A stretch of 64,000 nucleotides of DNA from the human T2T-CHM13v2.0 reference genome, Homo sapiens. Position 1 is the first letter of the stretch. Each line of letters begins with the position of its first letter. The notes under the pieces are model-generated. The model was not told where the DNA came from. It was given only the letters and a program-made list of their open reading frames with translations, and searched no databases. Below, piece by piece: positions 56,831 through 64,000 of the stretch. The stretch is taken from NCBI RefSeq assembly GCF_009914755.1, contig NC_060928.1, one strand, 5' to 3'. The position numbers and the translations under genes were made by a program.

Positions 56831-57876
56831 GCTTAAAATATTTTTAGAGTATATCTCATATTAAGTGTTTTCACTAATACAAGGCATACTTCTGAGATGT
56901 TGCAGATTTGGTTCTAGAATACTAAAATAAAGCAAATATTGCAATGAAGCAAATCACACAATTTGTTTTGGTTTCTAAGGCATATAAAAAGTTATGTTTA
57001 CACAATGCTATAGTATATTAAGTCTGCAATAATATTAAGTCTAAAAAAATACATGCCTTAATTTAAAAACACTTAATTGCTAAAAAGTGCTAATGATCAT
57101 CTGAGTCTTCAGTCAGTGCAACTTTTGTTGATGAAGATTCTCATATCAATGTTGATGGTTGCTAACTCATTTTGGTGGTGGCCGCTAGTAGTTAGCATGG
57201 CTGTGGCAATTTCTTAAAAATAAGACAACAATGGCATTTGCCACATACATTAACCCACCCTTTCACAAAAGATATTTTTAGCAAGCAATGCTGTCAGATA
57301 GCATTTTACCCATAGAAGATCTTCTTTCAAAATTGGAATTAATCCTCTCAAACTCTAATGCTGCTTTATAAAGTAAGTTTAAGTAATATTCTAAATCTCC
57401 TGTTGTCATTCAACAATGTTCATAACATCTTCACCAGGAGTAGATTCCATCTCAGGAAACAAGTTTCTTTGCTCTTCCAAAAGTAGTAACTCCTCACTTA
57501 TTTGTTTTATCATGAGATTTCATCAATTCTGTTACATCATTAAGTTCCACTTCTAATTATAGTTATCTTTCTAGTTTTATTATATTTGCAGTTACTTATT
57601 CCATTAAAGTTTTGTTATAGGACCAACAGTTTCATATGCTTACTGTCCAATAATAGTCCAATTACACTGAGACGTCAGATTTGGCAGCAAAGAAGGAGTT
57701 TAATAATTGCAGGGCACTGAGCAAGGAGATAAGAAGGGAACCCCAAATCCAGCTCCTCAAGGAGTTCTGGGTTGGAGGTTTTAAGGAGATCATAGATGGT
57801 GATAGGCTGGAAAATTTGGGTAATTGATTAGTCAGGGTAATAGGGTAAAGTCATCAGAACAAGAAACTACATTATT

Positions 57877-57886
57877 TGCTGAGTCA
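57877..57886 (-). promoter_or_regulatory. Antioxidant response element (Nrf2/Maf) with embedded AP-1
   Basis: TGCTGAGTCA = TGACTCAGCA on the minus strand, about 1160 bp upstream of the ATG. Confidence 0.7.
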
Positions 57887-58136
57887 GTTCCTTGTGGGGT
57901 CCTCTAGATCAGCTGGCATCAGTGAAGTCTCTCAGATCAGCTGACATCAGTGAGATCCTTCAGACCAGCCGAGTCAGTAGTTTTAGCAGTATGCTGGACC
58001 TGAAGGAATACCTCAAAAGGAAAGTTGATCATTTCATAATGTTTAAGTTAATATTTATAGAAGGATTAAGAGGAACTATAGTCTTGTAACAGGGTCTGCA
58101 TAATTCTAGGACAACAGCCAAATAACTGTGAGGAAG

Positions 58137-58143
58137 TGAGTCA
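58137..58143 (+). promoter_or_regulatory. AP-1 site TGAGTCA (about -900)
   Basis: Perfect AP-1 heptamer; matches my recollection of the -900A/G promoter polymorphism region. Confidence 0.6.
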
Positions 58144-58304
58144 GAGAACAAGCTAACCTAATGATTAATGCTGAATGTACTACAAGCTTGGTTTACTTTT
58201 CTCTTTTTCTTTCTTTATCTTTGATTACTTTAACAAAGTTTAAAAAGATAGTGTCATCTTGAAACTCTCAATATCTTACATGATGGTTGTAAGAATCAAC
58301 ATGT

Positions 58305-58660
58305 ATACGCTATATCATAAATGAACCTTTAAAATATTATGTTACATAAAAGAAGCCAGTCACAAAATACCACATATTGTATGATTCTATGCATTAAAAA
58401 TTGTCCAGAATAGGCAAATCTATAGAGATAGAAATTCAATTAGCAATTACCTAGGACAGGGGAAATGCAGAAACTAGGGGTGGAGAGAAAAAGGCTAAGG
58501 ACTATAGGGCTTATTTTGGGGAGATAAAAGGGCTCTCCAACTGATTGTTATGGTAGATGCACAATTCTGTGAATATACTATGAAACATTAAATTTTACAC
58601 AATAATTGATAAATAGTATGATATTTAAATTACATGTCAACAAAGTTTACAAAAATATGT
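58305..58660 (+). mobile_element. L1MB 3' end
   Basis: aaaagaagccagtcacaaaataccacatattgtatgattc...tgtccagaataggcaaatctatagaga...tgcacaattctgtgaatatact. Confidence 0.8.
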
Positions 58661-58772
58661 GGACCATGTTTAGTCATTTAATCTTTAGTTTTGTGTCAAA
58701 TGGACTGCAGAAACAGGATCTGTCACTGCTACTGTTCTGGACACTCTTCTAAAATATATTGCATAAGACAGA

Positions 58773-58792
58773 TGGCATGTCCATACAAGATC
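58773..58792 (+). promoter_or_regulatory. Putative p53 response element
   Basis: TGGCATGTCC ATACAAGATC: two abutting RRRCWWGYYY-like half sites. Confidence 0.5.
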
Positions 58793-58924
58793 CTTGATAT
58801 TAGCTGAAGGATAGCACTCATAAACATAAAAGGGAAATTAATCACATCTGTGTGAACAGATCATTTACCTTCATTTGTCTCCTTGCCATCCACATGCTCA
58901 GACTGTTGATTTAATGATATTGTA

Positions 58925-58956
58925 TGTACTTTGACTTATAAGGGTTACATTTTAAC
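58925..58956 (+). promoter_or_regulatory. UGT2B7 proximal promoter: HNF4-like (tgtactttg) and HNF1 (GTTACATTTTAAC) sites
   Basis: HNF1 palindrome-like 58944-58956 vs GTTAATNATTAAC; HNF1 control of UGT2B promoters is established. Confidence 0.7.
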
Positions 58957-59042
58957 TTCTTGGCTAATTTATCTTTGGACATAACCATGAGAAATGACAG
59001 AAAGGAACAGCAACTGGAAAACAAGCATTGCATTGCACCAGG

Positions 59043-59763
59043 ATGTCTGTGAAATGGACTTCAGTAATTTTGCTAATACAACTGAGCTTTTGCTTTAGCT
59101 CTGGGAATTGTGGAAAGGTGCTGGTGTGGGCAGCAGAATACAGCCATTGGATGAATATAAAGACAATCCTGGATGAGCTTATTCAGAGAGGTCATGAGGT
59201 GACTGTACTGGCATCTTCAGCTTCCATTCTTTTTGATCCCAACAACTCATCCGCTCTTAAAATTGAAATTTATCCCACATCTTTAACTAAAACTGAGTTG
59301 GAGAATTTCATCATGCAACAGATTAAGAGATGGTCAGACCTTCCAAAAGATACATTTTGGTTATATTTTTCACAAGTACAGGAAATCATGTCAATATTTG
59401 GTGACATAACTAGGAAGTTCTGTAAAGATGTAGTTTCAAATAAGAAATTTATGAAAAAAGTACAAGAGTCAAGATTTGACGTCATTTTTGCAGATGCTAT
59501 TTTTCCCTGTAGTGAGCTGCTGGCTGAGCTATTTAACATACCCTTTGTGTACAGTCTCAGCTTCTCTCCTGGCTACACTTTTGAAAAGCATAGTGGAGGA
59601 TTTATTTTCCCTCCTTCCTACGTACCTGTTGTTATGTCAGAATTAACTGATCAAATGACTTTCATGGAGAGGGTAAAAAATATGATCTATGTGCTTTACT
59701 TTGACTTTTGGTTCGAAATATTTGACATGAAGAAGTGGGATCAGTTTTATAGTGAAGTTCTAG
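59043..59763 (+). CDS. UGT2B7: UDP-glucuronosyltransferase 2B7, coding exon 1 (signal peptide and aglycone-binding domain)
   Basis: [53 protein letters not shown]...[10 protein letters not shown]; 721 nt then donor G|gtaagt. Confidence 0.98.
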
Positions 59764-61063
59764 GTAAGTATTTTTTTCAATCAGTAACATGAAGCTCTAA
59801 CTTATTTGTGTCTTTGAAGCAGAGCTTATATAAAGCCATAAAGTCAGGGTAGTGGGGTTTTGGTAAGTGAATTTATAAAACAAAAATACAAGATGATCTA
59901 TTAATCTCACAAATATTATAGAAAAGCTTAAATTACAGGGTCAGTTAAAACCCTGTGGCCATCCCTCACACGGAACACCCCAGGAAATCATAAACCTATA
60001 CATTAGTGCATCTAAGACTTTAAGCAATTACACATCTGTTTTACTATACATTGTTTTACATCTTAAAAACAGTAAAATCCATCAAATAACTTCTTACTGA
60101 ATGCATAGATTTAGAATGAGTAGTTACACATTTTTCTACAACTATCTATATAACTGCAGAAATTGTTTTTTCTTGTAAACTTGTTTTCTTATTTAGAAAT
60201 CAAAAGATGTTCCCATATTACCAGAAGGTTTCCTTCACAGTAAAGAGAGATAATGTCTATAACTCAGATGCAAAAATCAATAAGGGCAATTTGAAGTTTC
60301 TAATGTTTCTATACTCTTTCACGAAAGAATTGGAAATCATTAATTTAAAGTCCAATCATCTTGTTGAAGTGTGAAGGTTGTTATATCTACATAGTTTTTT
60401 GAAACTATGTCTCTTTATTAGAACATATGAGACAAATTAAGGTTGAGTACAAATTTTTATTTCAATAATTTCTCAAAAATTTCTAGCTATAATGTACAAA
60501 TATATTTACTTAAAAATATTATTAAGATCTTAGCTTGAATCTAAAAGAGTAGTTGGTACAAGGATTTCAGCCATACTCTCAACATAGTCCATAGTTCACT
60601 TGAACCAAAGATAAAAGAATTAGCTTAATGAGTTGTGTAAACTAGACTATTTCTTAGAAAATTATTTTTATGGGTAGAGTAGAATTAATTGATTATGGAG
60701 CTCAAAGAGTTGTTTAAATGTCCGTATGCTACTATTGAAGCTTTAAGAGAAAAGAAATTTTCTGTTTAACTTTCTATGGCTCATTTTAATAATTGTTTAT
60801 GATTATGAGCATACTGATGCGACATTAGAGATGTAGCTTAACCTCACAATTCTCCTACTACTTTGTCTTTCTTATAAATACACATGGGCAAAATATGTAA
60901 TACATAAAATTAAATTATATCTATATATGAATATGTGTATATATTTTTCAAAGCACAGATATTTGCCTACATTTTTGCCTACACTATTCTAACCCCTTTC
61001 AGAAATTTACCTGAAGTAATTATCTTGTGTCATCCACCTTTTTTTTTTTTCTATTCCTGTCAG

Positions 61064-61212
61064 GAAGACCCACTACATTATCTGAGACAATGGGGAAAGC
61101 TGACGTATGGCTTATTCGAAACTCCTGGAATTTTCAGTTTCCTCATCCACTCTTACCAAATGTTGATTTTGTTGGAGGACTCCACTGCAAACCTGCCAAA
61201 CCCCTGCCTAAG
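61064..61212 (+). CDS. UGT2B7: UGT2B7 exon 2 (149 nt)
   Basis: polyT..cctgtcag|GAAGACCC...CCTAAG|gtaaac; (G)[49 protein letters not shown]; gene continues beyond window. Confidence 0.98.
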
Positions 61213-64000
61213 GTAAACATACTTTTGTTGGTTTTATTTTGTTGGCTTTGAATTTTCAGTAGAAATGATTCTATAGTCTTCTTTCAGAGTGTTTGACTTA
61301 CACTGAAAGAAAGATGGGAAATGGGTAGGGTAAAGCAGATACCAATTAGAAACTCATGTACACGTTAATACCATCACACGTATATGAGTTTTATGAGTAT
61401 TACAAATAGAGAGGAATACTAAGGAGACTTTGAAAATAGGGTTGGTTAAATTAAAGTCTTCATTATGCAATACCTAAGAAGGTATTGGTCATCCAATCAA
61501 ATAATATTTACAAAGGGATTAGCACAAAACACAGGTAAGTGCAGAATTTTCAGAGAAAAAAATAGACACAGTTTCTGTCCCCACATACCTTACATTCTAC
61601 TTCAAAAGATAGAATATGTGCAAGTAATAAAAATTATATAAAAACTATTATCTGAAGGAAAAACCCAATACCAAGAAAGCATCAGTGGAGATAATAGAAA
61701 GTATCCTGCAGTCACTGATTAGTAAGATGAGAGCTGAACAATATGCAGGAATAGGTAAAAGAATGACGGGGAGAGACAGACAAAAAAAAAAAAAAAAGAA
61801 GCAGGTAAAGTGGTCAGGACAGTTCTCAAGTCCTCAAGTTTAGTTTGCAGGGAGAGACTAAGACTCGGATGATGGTGAGAGGCAAATTAGAGCCAGATAC
61901 GTATTAGGAGTTGAAATATTTATTAAGCACATTGAAAAACTACTAAAAAGATTAAGAAATAAAAATATATGAAAAGATTCTCTTTTTAAAGGAGAGCTTT
62001 CAAGATATTCAATGGATTAAATTGCAGGAGGGCCAGACTGTAAAGAGCCAACCATTCAGGAAATTTTGCAGGATTCAGGTAGCAGATGATGGAAAAGTCG
62101 ACTAGAAAGTTGATAGAAATCATTATGCCCACATTTACAAAAATAGTGGCAACTTCATATTGTGTTGAGTGGAAAAATATTAACACAGACAAAACACTTA
62201 AAGTGTCTCTGGAATATAGTCAGTGACTCAGAAATATTATTAATTTTGCAATTATGGCTATTTTGTTATTATTACTAATACTACTAATTACTTAACATGT
62301 GCCGGTCACTTGAGATATCATTCTTCATTTAATAGAACCAGATTGTTCAGTACATCAAAATTATATTCTCTTGCAGAGTCATAGTTGACAGATACCCTGT
62401 GGACTTGATTAAAAGTAGACATATCAGTTTTGACAGTAAGATGAGCTACTTGAAATTCTAAAATTCTACCATAGGTAATAAGGATCTTCACCAGTATTGC
62501 AGCGTAAAACACTTCCTCAACAATAGAAATGTGTTCCTTTAATATTTGCAGACAAACTTAGTGTTCACTTGATCTTACTAAAGCATTTAAATCATTCTTC
62601 ATTGAGACCCCAGAGATTTACATATTACAGCATAAACATACCCTATGAGAGCAGATGATTTTTGCCGTATGACAAGCAACTTATTAAAGCTTCCTGTGGG
62701 AACTCGTCTCAACATCATAGCTGCCTGACAGAGAAGCACAGAGATAATGAACAATGCATGTATAATAAAGCACAAATAATTTATACCACTTGTATCTGAA
62801 TGGCGCCCTTAGTTTAGATTCCAGAGAATTCTGTCAGCATATAAGATTATATTTTTATGAAGGAACACAATAAACTCATATATTTTAAATTAATATCACA
62901 CTTTTAAGACATATGTACAAAGCAAGCATTCTTTGTTACGTTATTATTTAATCTCTTAAAAGATCATTTTTGTCTACATAAAACTGAAATTTTATTCCAT
63001 TGTTAAAACTCAATATCTATGTTGAATGAAAATTGTATGGGCTTTATATGATAACTTTCTCAAGAGACAAAAGCTGAGGTAAGACTAATGAAAAATCTAT
63101 GCCACCCTACCCTACTCTTGAAAAATTTCCCCACCCATACTAAGGGAAAAACTGATAGTGTCAGTAGGAGGGGGAAGAGAATAGGAGGTGTAGAAGGACA
63201 AGAAAAGGGATGACTAGCACTAAAATAGTGATAATTACTACTACTAGCTGTTGTTATTAACTTGCAGAAAGATTTGAATGCAAGTCAATGGTTGTGAAAC
63301 CCGTTCTTCGTTTATTATGTAAAATAATTGCTAACCCAGGTTGCTTTCATTTCAGTTAAATATTAAATTCTAAGATAATTTCTTATAAGAGAATAAGACA
63401 CTTGACAAAATGTATCAGGTGTTTTAAAAATGAATATTGCTATCAGTTTTATAATATATTCACGTGAAATCATACAGAGAAAAAAATTAATCAAGGTGTA
63501 CCTATTAAACATTATGGAAAATATTCATAAAATTAACATTGGAAGTAATCCAACATCTTAAATGAAGGAATGATTAAAAACTTATACTATGTGCATACAA
63601 TAGCATTACAATAATTTTATCAATGAAATATTCAACTACACTGTCAGCCATAATACAAATAAAGTGAGTTAGAAAATGATAAATATAACAAGATGACAAG
63701 TTTTTGCAGGAGGAAAATGTATACACAATAAGATTAAAATTATCTAAATAAGTGTCACATGTGTACATTGAGCTATGTAAATAGGACAAAAGCCATGATG
63801 AAAAAATATATTTTACATAAATAATATCACAACATAAAAATTTTAGAAAAATTTTATTTAAAAAAATTTTTTTCATGCTTTTATAAAATTTCTTACATTA
63901 ATCTTATATTATTTTTATTATGTTATCACAGAAGAAGAAACAACCAGTCCATATCAGTGATGAATCTGTAAAGAGGCTCGATTCCTTCAACACTGGGTGG

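Larger units (their letters stand above)
57613..58256. mobile_element. MER4-group ERV1 solo LTR in the UGT2B7 distal promoter
   Basis: TG..CA bounded block interrupting Tigger1; MER4-group-like motifs (aaggagtttaat.attgcagggc, caaatccagctcc, ggttttaagga). Confidence 0.65.
56880..58300 (-). mobile_element. Tigger1 3' portion, interrupted by an LTR
   Basis: ta|caaggcatacttctgagatgttgc TIR; Tigger sequence resumes at tcttgaaactctcaa after 58256. Confidence 0.82.

Noticed and set aside
44646-58300. Tigger1 5' half (+) and 3' half (-) as one element split by an inversion
   Set aside because: The pieces overlap by roughly 60-70 consensus bases with different mutations, and the exon 3 between them is still sense; independent insertions are simpler, though not proven
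59028-59792. 254-aa ORF starting MHCTR and ending GKYFFQSVT
   Set aside because: It starts at a TTG upstream of the true ATG (59043) and reads through the exon 1 donor into the intron
60935-61251. Two ORFs spanning UGT2B7 exon 2
   Set aside because: Intron-initiated frames; only 61064-61212 is the real exon (the alternative frame matters only in the hypothetical orphan-exon splice)

Overview
Human (primate) genomic DNA from the UGT2 cluster (chr4q13). The window ends with the promoter, exon 1 (ATG 59043) and exon 2 of UGT2B7 on the + strand, on a His268 (*1-type) haplotype. Upstream are three decayed UGT2 remnants on the + strand: exons 4-6 of a UGT2B pseudogene (994-7340), exons 4-6 of a second, chimeric-looking pseudogene (29.2-32.7 kb), and an isolated intact UGT2A-like exon 3 (52313-52444). 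Two class I ERVs sit back to back: a complete LTR2B/Harlequin (HERV-E-related) provirus (13622-20133) and a HERV3/ERV3-like provirus lacking its 5' LTR (about 20445-27612) with a young AluYa-lineage insert. The rest is L1, Alu, MIR/L2, Tigger1 and solo LTRs. Most interesting: the parts for an LTR-driven alternative UGT2B7 transcription unit (CpG-retaining 5' LTR with a broken polyA signal, a donor in a duplicated leader, the orphan exon 3, then UGT2B7 exon 2). Also notable are APOBEC-like hypermutation of the Harlequin env, a 5'-inverted Alu, and TE-derived ARE/AP-1 sites in the UGT2B7 promoter. Repeat subfamily names come from remembered consensus sequences, not a search, and repeat boundaries are approximate.
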